Assembly: GCA_014905635.1 (NCBI GenBank)
Contig: CM026547.1
Coordinates: 124,001-188,000, forward strand
Length of the DNA stretch: 64,000 bases
Reading direction: 5' to 3'
Source: Scenedesmus sp. PABB004
Lineage: Eukaryota
Within the stretch, counting starts at the first letter, position 1, and every line of letters begins with the position of its first letter. A program made the position numbers and the translations under genes. Below, one piece after another: positions 7,940 to 20,720 of this stretch. The notes beneath the pieces were generated by a model, which was not told the DNA's origin, ran no database searches, and worked only from the letters and a program-made list of their open reading frames with translations.

Positions 7940-10900
7940 CTACCTGCTGAGCCCCGGGAAGATGAAACGGCCGGGGCTCGTGACCTTGCCGGGGCTCGCC
8001 GCCAGCCCCCCGGCCTGCCGCGGCGGCTGTAGCGGCGACAGCGGCGCCGGCGCCTGCTGCTGCTGCTGCCCCTGCGCGGCGCCCGCCGGCGGGCCGCCGC
8101 CGTCGTCGTCGTCGGGGCCGTCCAGCGCGCCGTCGTGCGCCTCGTCGCACTCCAGGTCAACCTCGCCGTCGTCGCCCAGCGCCGCGGCCTGGTCGGCGGG
8201 GTGCCGCACGTCGGGCATGTCGACGTCGCCGTCGGGGCCGCCCAGCACCAGCACGCGCTGCGGCCGGCGCCGGGCCGCCGCCGCCCAGGCCGTCGCCGCC
8301 TGCGGCAGCAGCGCCGCCACGCCCGGCGCGCCGCCGCTGGCGCCCGCCTCGGCCGCCATCGCCGCGCTGGCCAGGCTGCCCAGCAGGTCGCGCGCCGCCG
8401 CCTCGCCCGCGCCGGCGCCGGCCGCGGGGGCGCCGCCGCTGCGGCCGCGGCCCCAGGAGGCGGCGCCGCCCTGCTGCTGCTGCCCCTGCTGCCCCTGTTG
8501 CTCCTGCTGCTCCTGCTGCTCCTGCTGCTCCTGCTCGGCGCCCCAGGCCTGCGCCTGGTGCCGCCGCGCCGCGCCCGGGCTGCCACCGCCGCTGCCGCCG
8601 CCGGCGCCGGCGCCGTCGCCGTCGCCATCGCCCTCGCCGCCGTCGCCGCCGCTGTCGCGGCTGTCGTCTCCGTTGCTGCCGTCGCTGCCGCTGCTGCTGG
8701 TGGGCTCGTGGGGCATGTGCGCCGCGCGGAAGGCGGCGTCCTCCGCCGCGAGCTTGCAGCGCAGCGAGCAGTAGCGCGACTCCGCGTCGCGCAGGCTGCG
8801 CCCGTCGGCGACGCACCGCCCCGCGAGCTGGCGGCGCACCTTGTTCTGCTGCGGCCGCGGGCGCAGGTAGAGCACCGCCTGGCCGTTGAGCGGGTACGCC
8901 TGCACGCCGCTCACGTCGGCGACGCCCGCAACGTCGGCCGCGCGCACAAAGTGAAAGTCGGTCGACACCTGCTGGCTCCGGCTCACGTGCAGCAGGCCCG
9001 GCAGCAGCACCGAGAGCTCGGGGCAGTAGTTGCAGTAGCCCCGCCCCGGGTGCCCGGGGTCAAAGTAGCGGATGAGCTTGTCGCGCCCCGTGCTCGACCG
9101 CCCCTTGCGCGCGCCCGTGCACTTGGGGCAGGGCTTGAGCAGGAAGTCGCACGTCACGAGCTCGTGCAGCCACGCCACGCTGCCGCCGGCGGCGGCGGCG
9201 CCGCCGGCGGCGACGGGCGGGCGCGGCGCGGCGGGCGCGGCGCCGCCGGGCGCGCCCGCGCCGCCGGCCAGGCCCAGCAGGCCGGCCGGCCACGCGGCCG
9301 CCGCGGCGGCCGCGGCGGCCGCGCCGCCGCCGTGCGCCGACAGCAGCGACTGGCGCGCCTGCAGCGCCGCGAGCTGCTGCCGCCAGCCGCTGGCCTGCAG
9401 CTGCACCTGCAGCGTGCCGCCGCCCCCGCCGCCGCCGGGGCCCGCGCCAGACGCGCTGTACGCGGTCGGCAGCAGCTCCAGCTCGGCCGGCTGGTGCGGC
9501 AGCTCGCGCGGCGCCGCGGCGGCGGCGGCCGCCGCGGCCGCCGCGCGCGCGGCGCGGCGCTGCGCCGCCGCCTCGGCCTTGGCCGCGCGCGAGCGCTCCG
9601 CGCGCCGCCGCGTGTCCTCGGCCTTGGCCGCGCGCGCCTCGGCCTTGGCCGCGCGCGCCGCCGCCTCGGCGGCCTCCGCCTCCTCGCGCGCGCGCGCCGC
9701 CGCCGCCTCCTGCGCCGCCGCGCGCAGGTGCGGCGGCGCGCCGCCGTACCTGGCATACTTGTGCGCCGACTTGCGGCCCATCGGCAGCGGCGGCGGCGCG
9801 GCACCGCCCGCAGGCGGCGACGCCAGCGCCGGCGGCGCGTGCGCGGGCGCGGGTGCCGCCTCCTGCGCCTGCTGCGCGCCGGGCGGCTGCGCCCGCGGCG
9901 CCGACTGCTGGCCCTGCTCCTCCTGCCCCTGCTGCCCCGCCGCGCCGTCGCTCGTGGTCGTGCCGCTGGTGGCGGACGCGCGCGCCGCGCCGTCCGCGCC
10001 GCCGCCGCCGCCGCCCGCGTGCGCCGCGCGCGCGGCCGCCTTGGCCGCGGCGCGCGCCGCCTTGGCGGCGGCGGCCGCCGCCTCGGCCGCGGCCGCGGCC
10101 TCCGCCTCTGCCGCGGCCTCGGCTGCCGCGGCGGCCGCCGCGGCGGCGCGGCGCGCGCGCAGCGTGGGCGCGTGGTCGGCGATGAAGCGCGCGTCCTCGC
10201 GCTCGAGCTTGCACGCGACGCTGCAGTACGCGTTGTGCGCGTCGAGCAGGCCGCGGCTGCACCCCGGCCCGGCGCAGACCGCGGGCGGCGTGCCGATCGC
10301 GGCGCCGCGGCTGGGGCGGGGATGGAGGTAGACCATGCGGCCCTTGTTGCCCGCGACGACGTAGCGCTGTATGTCGGCCACGTCCACCGCGGCGGCGAGC
10401 ACCTCCGGCTCGAGGCAGAGCAGCGCGCCGCCCTGGCGCTTGATGCGCAGCAGGCCGGGGCGGTGCGGGAGGCCGGGGCAGAAGCTGCAGAAGGCCGCCG
10501 CGGGGTTGGCGGGGTCGAAGAAGCTCAGCAGGCTGCCCCAGCCCTTGTGCGACGGCGCGCAGCGCGGGCAGGGCGTGAAGAGGTGCTCCGCCAGCAGCAG
10601 CGCGTACAGCCAGCCGCGCTCGCCGCCGACGAGCGCGGGCGGCAGCGCGCCGCCGCCGCCGGCGGCGCCGGCGCCGCCGTCGGCGTCGCCGAGCAGCAGG
10701 CTGCTGCTGCTGCCCGCACGCGAGCCGCGCGCGCCGGAGCGCCGCCCGCCGCTGCCGCTGCGCGCGCCGCTGCGCGAGGCGCTGCCGCGGCTCTTGTTCG
10801 GCCGCGCCGGCGGCAGGCCCGCGGCGCGCTTGGCGCTCGGCCAGGCGTCGAGCATCAGCGCCGCGTGCGGGTCGTCGTCGTCGTCGCCGTCGCGCAGGTT

Positions 10901-10995
10901 GAGCAGCGCCGCCGGGCGCTTGTGCCCCAGCAGCCCGCTGCCGCCGCCGAGGCCGCCGCCGCTCGCGTCGCCCGCCCAGCCCCCACCGCCGGGCG

Positions 10996-11030
<35 letters not shown>

Positions 11031-11592
11031 ACCCACGCCGCGTGCGACTGCAGCAGCGTCGCCATCTGCGCCGCGCCGCCCTGGTCGGGCCCCTGCCGCG
11101 CGTCCGGCTGCACCGCGTCGGGGCTGGGCAGGAAGCCCGCCGCCGCCGCGGCCGCTGCGGCGGCGGCCGCCGCCGCCGCCGCGCCCAGGCCGAGCCCGTT
11201 GGCGGCGTCGGCCGCCGCCGCCGCCGCGGCGACGGCGGCGTGCTGCTGCAGCGCCTGGAACATACCCAGCAGGTCGGGCGGGTCGGGCCCTGCGCCGCCG
11301 AGCTGCTCCAGCTTCAGGGGCGCCGCCGCGGGCGCTGCCGCCGCAGCTGCTGCCGCGGCGGCCGCTGCCGCCGCCGCCACGGCTGACGGGTCGCCGCCGC
11401 CCTGCGCCGCCATGGCCTGCTGCGCTGCAAGCGCGGCCAGGAGCGCGGCAGCGCCCTGCGCGCGCGGGGCGGGGGCGGCGCGGTCGTGGGCCCGGGCGCC
11501 GCGCGCCGGCGCGGCTCGTGCGCGCGCGGCCGGCGACGCCACAGCACCTCAGGATGGTCGCCGCCGGTGGCGCCGTCGCCGGCCCGGTCCAT
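7940..11592 (-). CDS. Protein with two PLATZ zinc-binding/DNA-binding domains
   Basis: Domain 1 WLYALL..FTPC..VDVADIQRYVV..VYLHPRP..C..CSRGLLD...YCSVACKL (~10205-10615). Domain 2 WLHELV..DVSGVQAYPLNGQAVLYLRPRP..RSLRD..YCSLRCKL (~8752-9173). Short first exon MDRAGDGATGGDHPE. Confidence 0.85.
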
Positions 11593-12443
11593 GGCGCTGC
11601 GCGGCGCGGCACGCCCGCCCGGCGCGCGCTACTGCGCCGCCGCCGGCCCCGCGCAGCACTGCTGACGGCGCAGCTGCCGGCCCGGGATCCTGCGACCCGA
11701 ACGGTGGGCGGTCGCGGGCGGGCGCCGGCCTGAGCGCCGCGTGCGCGCGCAGGGGGCGCGGAACAGTAGCACAGTAGCCCGGCCTGCCCGGCGCCGGGGG
11801 GCGCGTAGGAGGGCCGGCGCGCCCGGCGCACGGCGCCGATGAACACAAGACTGCGGCCCCAGGCCCTGGACAGCGCTCGGGGGGCGAGGGGTGCCCGCAG
11901 CGAGTGCACCGCCCGCGCTGCGCACCTGGCGCCTTGGTGCGCGCGCTGGCCGCGGCGCGCCCTGGTTATGCAGAGGCGCGATGCTGTTGCCTGCTGCCGG
12001 ACGTTCGGCGCGGCGCCGCTCCGGGGCAGGTAGCCGGCGTGCTCGCAGTGCGGTGGCCCGGCCCAGATGGCCAGATGGCGCCGCCCGCGCACCAAAAACT
12101 AGTGGTACAGCTGCTCCACCAGCGCAATCTGTGCCACGGCGGGGCGGCGGGGGGCTCAGCGACGCGGCGCTCCTGCACTGCGCCCCGGGTGCCAGGCTGC
12201 ACCGCCACCGCCCGAGACGCACCAGGCCGGGCGTGCAGTGCCCAACAGCTGCGCTTGCACGTGGCCCGCACCGTCGCGGGTACTTGCAGGCGCGAGCGGC
12301 GCGACGCCGGCGGCGCCGCGCCGCCGCGCCGGGACTGCGCGCCTGCGCTCGCGGCCCGCGCGCCAAACGCGCCGGCGCCGCCCCCACAAGCACGGCAGAA
12401 CGTTCTGCGCCACAGGCCGGCGCACCGCGCCGCCCGCCCACCG

Positions 12444-15400
12444 CTACGGCGGCGCCGCCCGCGGTGCGCGCTGCGTCGACGCGCGCGCCTGCGGCTGCGG
12501 CGCCTGCCCCCCGCGCACCTCCCACGCCGCCGCCGCCGCGTCCAGGTCCAGCTCGCACACAGCCACCGCCCGGCCGCCCGCCGGCGCGGCCGCGAGCAGC
12601 GTGCGGCCGGCGTTGCTGAGCGCGCCGTGCTGGTCGCTCACGCGCAGCAGCGCGAGCGACGAAAAGAAGCCGCGTGGGCAGGGCACGCCCGTGGCAATCT
12701 CGCGCACCAGCTGCCCCGTCGCCAGGCTGAACGCCCCGAGCACCCCGCAGCCCAGGTTGGCCAGCAGGTACTTGGCGCCCCAGCCCGGCAGCTGGCGCGT
12801 CAGCGCAAACGCCGGCGGCGCCGCGCCGCCCGAGGGGTCGGGCAGGTCGATGCGGGGCACCGCCGCGCGCATGCTGGACAGGCTCACCACCTGCGCCGGC
12901 GGCCGGGCACGGGGCGCGCGGCGGGGGGGGGGGGGGGGGGGCGTCGGGCGCGGCGTCGGGCGCGGCCTCTGCGGACAGCACAGCGCGGGGCGCGCGGGCC
13001 CCGGGGCCCGCGCTGCCGCGCGCCCGGGCCCGGGCTGCCGCGCGGCGCGGCTGGCGCGCACCGAGACGGCAAACGTGTGTGCCGCCTCGCCGCCCTCGTC
13101 GGCCTGGCCCGGCAGCACGAGGCTGATCACCAGCAGCTCGCGCTTGCTGGCGGTCAGCTCCGCCGCGACCACCTGCACGCGGCGGCGAGCGACGGCGGCG
13201 GCAGCGGCGGCGCAGGGTCGGTCGGCCGCACGCACCGCACACACAGCAGCTGCGCGAGCCCCGCTTCCCGCACCCGCGCCGGCGCGCGCTTGAAGGCACA
13301 GCACTGCGTCGCGCGCAGCAGCAGCTCGCCGCTCGTCGCGTCGTAGCAGCTGACCACGAGCGCGCTGGCGCCGGGCGCGCCTGCGCTGTCCAGCGGGCGG
13401 TGCAGCACCTGGCGCACAACGCGCCCGTGGGTGCCGGGACTGGCGGGGAGGTAGCGGACCTGCGGTGTGTGTGTGGAGGGGGGGGGGGGGTCAGGGCGCT
13501 GAGCCTGTCTGCGCCGCCGCACCCCTCACCCCTCTGCGAGCGCACGCGCACACACCATCCAAGGCAGCCGGCTCGCCAGCAGGCCCTCGCCCCGCGGGTC
13601 GCGCGCGAGCGCCGCCGCGTCCGCCCCGTCCGCCCCGTCCGTGGCGCGCCCGCGTCCGCCACCCGCGGCGCCGCCCGCCGCCCGGCCCGGCAGCGCCGGC
13701 CACACGGGGCGCAGGCCGCCGCGTGGCGTGCACGTGCGCGTGCTGCGCGGCAGCTGCCAGCGCCGGCGCGGTGCGAGCCAGCCAAAGCCGCTGCGCTCGT
13801 CGGCGCTGGCGTTGCCGCGCGGTGGCCGAGCGCCGCGCCTGTGCACGGCAGCGCAGAGGGTGGGCACGGCGCGGCGGCGCTCCACAGCGCGCGGCACCGC
13901 CCCCCGCGCTGCGGCAGGCCCCGCCGGCGCGCGCGTGCGCGTGCGCACTTTGCCGGCGGCCGCGCCCTGCAGCACACAGTGCGGCGCCAGCGGCTGCGTG
14001 TGGCCAAACGGCGTGCCGTGCGGCCAGCGCGCCCGCATCTCCGACAGCGCGCCCCGCAGGCCGGCAAGATAGAGCCACCCCTGCTGCCCGTCCAGCCCAG
14101 GGGCGCCGCCCGCGCGCTCGCTCAGCGCGTGGTCCGCCGCCGCCGAGTCGCAGCGCGCCAGGCCCGCCAGGGCCACCCCCTCCCGGTCACCGCCCTCGCC
14201 AGCAGCCCCCGCCGCCGCGCGCAGCGCCGCGCGCTGCGCATCGGCCGCCGCCTCGCGCTCCGCCGCCAGCTGCAGCAGCGCCGCCTCGGCCGCGACCGCG
14301 CCGGCCCGGGCCGGCGCGCGGCCGCCGCCGCCGGGGGGTGCATCGCGCCCCGCGTCCAGCGCGGCATCATCATCGTACCTGCCCTGAGCAACGGCAAACG
14401 CGACGGCGGCGACGAGCGCATGCAGCGCATACGCGTCGGCACCCGCCGCGTCGCGCGCCGCGTCCGCGGCGGCCTCGGCAAGCAGCTCCTCCACCACCTC
14501 GCTGACGACGCTGCGGCGGCCACGGCGGGGCGGCGGCAGCGGCGTCGGCGCGGCCCTCCCTCAGCCGCGCAGCGGGGGCGCGCGCCACCCGGGCTGCGCC
14601 ACAGCCACCCCCGCCCCCCGCGGGTGCTGCCGCGCCGCGCCTGTCGCACACGTGGCGGGCGATGGCCCCCAGCGCGGCCGGCCGCGCCGCGCGCCACTCG
14701 GCAACCTCCACCGCGACCGCGGCGGCACTCGGGCGCATCGCGACGCGCGCGAGCGCGGCGTCGACCAGCTCTCCCAGCAGCGACTGCGGCAGCGCGCGTG
14801 CACGGCGTCAGGCCAGGCAGCCGGCCGAGCCGGCGGCGGCCTCCCGCGCCGCGCTGCCGGCCGGCCAGCGCCGCCGCACACCTGCGCCAGGGCGCGCACG
14901 CTGCGCTGGTGCGCCGTGAGCGCCAGCTGGCCCGTGTAGCTCTGCGAGCTTGCCGCGCTGCAGCGGAGCCGGGCCGACGTTGCCGCTGCAGCACGCCTGG
15001 CCGCCGCGAGCGCGCCTCGCTCCTCCGGCAGGGCGGCCGCGAGCGCGCCCGCGACGTCGCCGAGCGCCAGCCCACTCCGCTGCCCCCGCGCGCGCGCCGC
15101 GCGCATGTGCGCCAGCATCGCCGGCAGGCGCGGCGCCAGCAGCGCGCGCCGCTGCGCCTCGGGCGCGGCGGCCGCTGCCTGCTCATCGCCGCCGGGCGCG
15201 TCGTCCGGGCCGCGCGGCAGTGGCGAGCGCGGGGCGCCGCCGGGCTGGCCATGGCGCGCCGCGCTCCTGCTGAGCAGCTGCCCACGCCTCAGCTGCTCTG
15301 CGCCCTGCGCGGCGGCAGCGCGCGGCAAGCGGCGGCGTCGGCGCGGCCTGCCAGGAACGCCGCGCCGCCCCACGCGCCGCCGCCGCGCGACCGCGGCGTC

Positions 15401-16065
15401 ACCTGCGCGCGGACCTCCTCCGCAATCTGGGTCCCGGACAGCCCCGCCAGCCGCGCGTCGTCAGCAATCGCCGCCGCCAGCGAGAGGGGCTTCCGCGCAA
15501 AGCGCCTGCGCAGGTCGCCTGCCGCGGCGGGGCGGGGTGGGGTTCGGCGGCCGGCCGTGGCACCGCCGCCACGCCGGCGCGGCAGCCAGCTCGCTGGCTG
15601 GCAGCCTTGCCCCGGGCCGGAGGGCAGGCACCGCACCCTCGTCCTTGTCCAGCGCTGCAGCGCCGGCCGACAGCGCCGCGCCGTCCGCAGCGATCGCCGC
15701 CAGCTGCGCCGCGTGCGCCGCGGCGTGGCCCAGCTGCGCGGTGGCGAGGAGCGCCCCGCGCGCGTCGGCGCCGGGGGGCTGCTGCTCCCCTGGCGTGTCG
15801 ATGAGTCGCACAGCTGCGCGGCAGCGCGCGGCGCGGCGGGCGCCGGCGTCGCAGCGGGCGCGGCAGAAGGCTGCCGCGGCGCCAGCAACAGCGGCGCGGC
15901 GCCGCGCGCACCCACGCGGTCGCGCATGCTCGCACTGCACAGCAGGTGCGAGTGCTCCGCGTGCTGGCGCAGCAGCGGGGCGGCCTCGTCGAGCGCTGCG
16001 CCGAGCGCACGGTCGTGGCGGGACCGGTCGGCGCGCAGCAGCGCGGCGTGCTCTGGGAGCGTCAT
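12444..16065 (-). CDS. Multi-exon hypothetical protein (helical N-terminal part, beta-rich C-terminal part)
   Basis: Protein-like exons flanked by GT..AG: MTLPEHAALLRADRSRHD; LRRRFARKPLSLAAAIADDARL; GWLYLAGLRGALSEMRARWP; LVVSCYDATSGELLLRATQ; YLLANLGCGVLGAFSLATGQLVREI. Confidence 0.6.
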
Positions 16066-16484
16066 GGTCCCGCGGCGCCAACCCAACAACAGTGGACTCT
16101 CTGTGCGGCCGCGGGGACGTGCTGGCAGGCGGACGGCGACCCACGCGCGTGGGAAGTGCGGCGGCGCCGTGCGCAGCGCCGGCGTGGCCTGGCGTGCACC
16201 GGGGCGCACGGCCGGGCGCAGCGGGCTGCGTGGTGCAGGAGCTGCCGGGCGCGAGCTTGCACTGCAGCGGCGGCGGCACGACACACGGAAGCGCAGCGGT
16301 CGCGCCCCGCCGGCTGCCCGCGCGCACCGCCCGCTCGCCCGCCCCGCGCCCCGCCCTGGCCACTCCCTTCAGCCTCACGCCGCCCCGCCACGAGCGCCCC
16401 GGTCCCCCAAGCCCGCCAGCACGCGCGAGCCGCGCGCGCGCGCCCCGCCGCCGCTGCCCGCCGCCGCCACAGATCGCGCGCGTG

Positions 16485-17890
16485 ATGATGGCGCGCGCCG
16501 CGCTGTGGGCGCTCGCCCTGCTGGCGGCTGCGGCGGCGCTCGCGTCGGCCGCGCCGCCCAGCGGCGGCGGCGCGCCCGCTGCCGCCGCCGGCCGGGCGCT
16601 GAAGGCTCTCGCCCCCGGCGACGCCGCGCGCCCCTGGTTCTGCCGGTGCGCGGCTTGCACCGCGCCGGCCGCCGGCCGCGCCGCATGCATGCGCCCCCCG
16701 CGCACTGCCGCGCCGCCGCGCCGCCGCGCCGCACCGGTGCCACGCGCCGCCGCCGCGCCGCAGCGGGCACCCCTGCCCGCCCTTTGAGGTGCTGGAGAGC
16801 CGCGGCAGCCTGCAGCTGCGGCGCTACAGGGCCGCCAAGTTCGCCCTCACGCGCGTCACGGGCGCGCCGAGCCTCCTCGCCGCGCAGCTCGTGGCCGCCA
16901 AGGCATGAGGCCGCGGCGCGGCCGCAGCCGGCGCGGCCCGCCGCCGCCGCACGCCGCGAGGAGCTCCCTGCGCTGCCCACCCGCCCCGTGCCGCCCACCC
17001 GCCAACGCCGCCGCCGCGCCCAGCGCCTTGCCGGGTACCTGCGCGGCGAGAACGACGACGGTGCGCGGCTGACGCCGACGGTGCCCCTGGTGAGCGTGCT
17101 CGCCACCGCCGACCGGGGCAGCGGGACGGTGCGTGGCGACGCCTTCTGGTTCGCCGCCTACCTGCCGGACGAGGCCCAGGCGCGCGCAGCAGCTGCTGCC
17201 GCGCGGGCAAAAGTGGCGGCGGCTCGTTACAGACCAGGCCGCCGCGCAGCGGGCGGGGGCTGCGCGCGCCGCGCACCCGCGCCCGCGCCCCCTGACGACG
17301 ACCCCCGCCGCCGCCCGCCCGCCTGGCCGCGGCGGCGCCGGGCGGCGCGCGCAGCGCGACGCGCCGCGCCCGACCTGCCGCGACGTGCGCGTCGTGCGGC
17401 TGGGCCGGCGCGCGGTATGGGTGGACTCCTTTGACGAGCCGCTGCTGACCGAGGGCGACGTGATCCGGCGCGGCTGGGACCTGATCGAGACGCTGCAGGC
17501 GATGGGCCGCAAGGCGCGCGCGGCCGCCGCAGCGGCCCGCAGCGTGGCGCGCGCACGCCCGCCGAGAGCCCGCCGCACACGGCCAGCGCCTCCACGCGCT
17601 GCGCTGCGCTGGCGCAGGTCGACGACCGGGGCTTTCTGTTCAGCCTCTACGACCTGCCCCTTCCGCTGCTGCCGCACCACTACGAGCTCGGTGTGCGCGC
17701 GCGCTGCCGCCGCGCGGGCGCCGACCCGCCAGCGCCCGGCACGCCCGGCGCGCCCGGCGCGCCGGGCTCCGACGACGACGACGACGACTACCCCTGGCCA
17801 GACGCCGACGGCGGCGACGCGGCCGACGACGAGTGCCCGGAGCCCGGCGGCGACCCGGAGCTCGCGGAGGCGCTGGCTGCGGTGCTGTGA
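16485..17890 (+). CDS. SOUL heme-binding family protein with signal peptide and acidic tail
   Basis: Hydrophobic leader, PWFC...CPPFEVLE..LQLRRY, RLAGYLRGEND...TPTVP, APRPT..DVRVV..AVWVDSF, all typical of SOUL/HBP. Confidence 0.8.
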
Positions 17891-18051
17891 GCTCGCACAC
17901 GGCGGGTCGGCCTGACCCTGACTCATAAGGGCGCGGGCCTCTGCGCTCGCGCCACGCCTCTCTTCATGTCGGCCCCGGCGCGGGCGGTTGCGTTTCGATC
18001 AGTTGAGGCCTTCAGGTGCTTTCAGTGCTTGCAGTGCAACACCGGTGCGCG

Positions 18052-20623
18052 TCACGCGCCGCGCCCCATGCCGCCCGCGGCCTCGCTCGCCGTGCGGCTC
18101 GCGGTCTCGCTGACCGCCCGGCTCGCGGCCTCGCTGGCCGCGCGGCTCGCGGCCTCGCTCGCGGCCTTGCTGCCGGCGCGCGAGCCGCCCCAGCCCCAGC
18201 GCGCGCTCAGCCCGCCCTCGGCGCCCGTGCTGCTGAAGAGCCGGCGCGCTTTGAGCCGCGTCAGCCCGTCCGCGACGCGGGCCACCCAGCCGTCGGCCGT
18301 GGCGCGCACGTTGGCCAGCGCGCGGAACGGCGCGCTGCCCTCGTCGCCGCCGCCGGCGTCGCTGCGGCGCAGGATGCCGCTGCGGCTGAGCGCCGCCGCG
18401 GCAGCAGCCGCCGCGGCCGCCTGCTCCGCCGCCAGCGCCGCCTCGGCCGCCGCCCACTGCGGCCCGTACGCGGCGTGCGGGCGCCAGCGCAGGTCGCCCG
18501 CCTGTGGGCGCGTCAGGGGGCGGCGGCGACGGGCTGTGCTCCCGCCCGCCGCAGCGTGTGCCGGGCCGGGCGCCGCGCCACGCCACGCCGCGCCGCGCCG
18601 CGCCGCGCCGCGCCGCGCCGCGCCGTGCCGCACCTGGCGCCGCAGCAGGGCCGCCTTCATGACCGCGTCGCGGCCGGCCACCACGTCGGCATACTCGGGC
18701 GCGACGCCGCGCTCGGCGCGGAACTGCGGGCGCGACCGGGTGAGGTGAGCCCGCGCACGCACGCAGCGCGCCCCTCGGCGCGGGCCCGCACGCGCGCTGG
18801 CCGACGCTGGCCTGGCGGCAGCGCGGGCGGCCGGCCGGCCGCCCCCTGGCCGCCCCGCCCCGCGCCGCTCACCTCGCGCTTGCGCTTGAGCTTGGCCGCG
18901 CGCATGCGCGCGCGCCACTTGCGCTGCACGCGCATGACCGTGACCGCGACGCTGAAGTTGAGCACCTCGTCCGCCTTGAGCCCCCGGAACGCGCGAAACA
19001 CGAGGCGGTCGATCTGCACACGCGCACCAGGCAGCGGCGCCCGGGCGGTGTGGGCCGGCGCGGCGCGCGGCGCGTGGCGCGGGCGCGACCGGCGGCGGGC
19101 CGGCTGGCCGCCTCGCCGGGCGCGGGGCCGGGGCCAGGGCCCGCCCGCCGCCGCGCCCCCGGGTCAGCGGCTGCCCCCGTGCCGGCCGGCCGCGGGTGCG
19201 CGCCTGGTCCTTGAGAATGCCCTCCGGGATCTCCGCGCCGCTGCAGCGCCGCACGAGCTCGTACGCGGTACGCTGGAAGGGCACACGCCCGCCCAGCAGG
19301 GGGATGTCCAGGTCAAACACAAAGCGCAGCACGTCGCTCGACGACGCGCCCGGCCCCAGGCCCAGCGGCGGCGACAGCCTGGCGCCGCGCGCGGCGGCGG
19401 GGCGGGGCTTGAGACCAGGGCAGCGCCGGCGCCGCGCGGCAGACGGGTCGGCGCGCGCGGCGGCGAAGCTGCGGGCGTCGGCGTGTCGGCCGTGCTCACC
19501 GGAGCAGCATGCCCTCAAGGTCGCGCGGGTCGATCGTACCGCTGCCGTCGTCGTACTCCGCCCAGAGCTCAACAAACTCGTCGAGGTGCTCCGGGCGCAG
19601 CTTCCAGCGCTGCGCGCCGCGGCGGCGGCGCGACGGCGGCGGCGGCGGCACCTGCGCTGAGCGCGCGCGCCCGCCGCTGGCGCCCCCTGCCGCCGCCGCC
19701 GCGCGCGCGCGCGCGCGGCAAGGGCCGCCTCACGTCCTGCTCCTGCTGCGCCTCGAAGCTCTCCAGGATGACGGCGGTGAAGAGGTTGAGCATGATGATG
19801 CTCACCAGCAGCACGAAGCTCAGGAAGTAGGGGTAGACCACCCAGCTCCCGCACTCACCCGCAGACGCGTCGCACTCGGGCGGCTGCGGCCCGCGGCGCC
19901 GCGGGGTGAAGGCGGCCGAGGGGCGGGCGGGCGCTGGCGGCGCGTGCTGCGCGCACGGAGCGGGGTGCGCGGGGCGGCACGCACGTGCACCATCGCTGCG
20001 AGCATGACGTCTGTCCAGTTGTCGTTCGTCGCGACCTTGAACAGCGTCAGCGCCGCCGTCCAGAAGCGCTCAAAGTTGGCGTGCTCGTTCAGCCCCCTGC
20101 GCCGCGGCGCGCCGCCGCACGGCTCGCCCGCCCGCTGCGCCCGCGCGCGCGCGGGGGCCGCCCCTCGCTCGCCCCGCCCCCTGCTCTCCCTCGCACCCGT
20201 TGCGGCGCACGCTGCCGAGGAGCAGCATGCCGACGTAGGCGTACATGAAGAAGAGCAGCGCGAGCAGCGCGCCGACGTTCCAAAACGCGGGCAGCGACGC
20301 GATGAGCGTGCCAAACAGGCTGCGCAGGCCCTGCGGGTCGCGGCGCAGCGTGCAGTGCGAGGCAGGGAGGGGGAGGTTGGCGGCCGTGGCGGCGGTGCGA
20401 GCACAGGCGGCCCGCGCGCCCCCAGCCTCGCCCCGCGCCCCGCCACAGCAGCCGCGCGCGCCGCTGCCAGCTGTCCGGTGTGCGCCCCGCCGGCCCCGCG
20501 CTGCGCTGCGGCGCGCCGCGTGCGGTGCCGCCGCGCCTTCATGCCGCGCATGAGCTTGACCACGCGCGCGAGGCGCAGCAGGCGCATGATCTTCTGGACC
20601 TTCAGGAAGCTCGCCTCGCTGCC

Positions 20624-20720
<97 letters not shown>

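Noticed and set aside
13400..17434. Very long ORFs (e.g. 1344 aa here; 8135-11386; 9060-12095)
   Set aside because: Arg/Ala/Pro-rich shadow frames caused by stop-codon scarcity at very high GC; they overlap real spliced genes.
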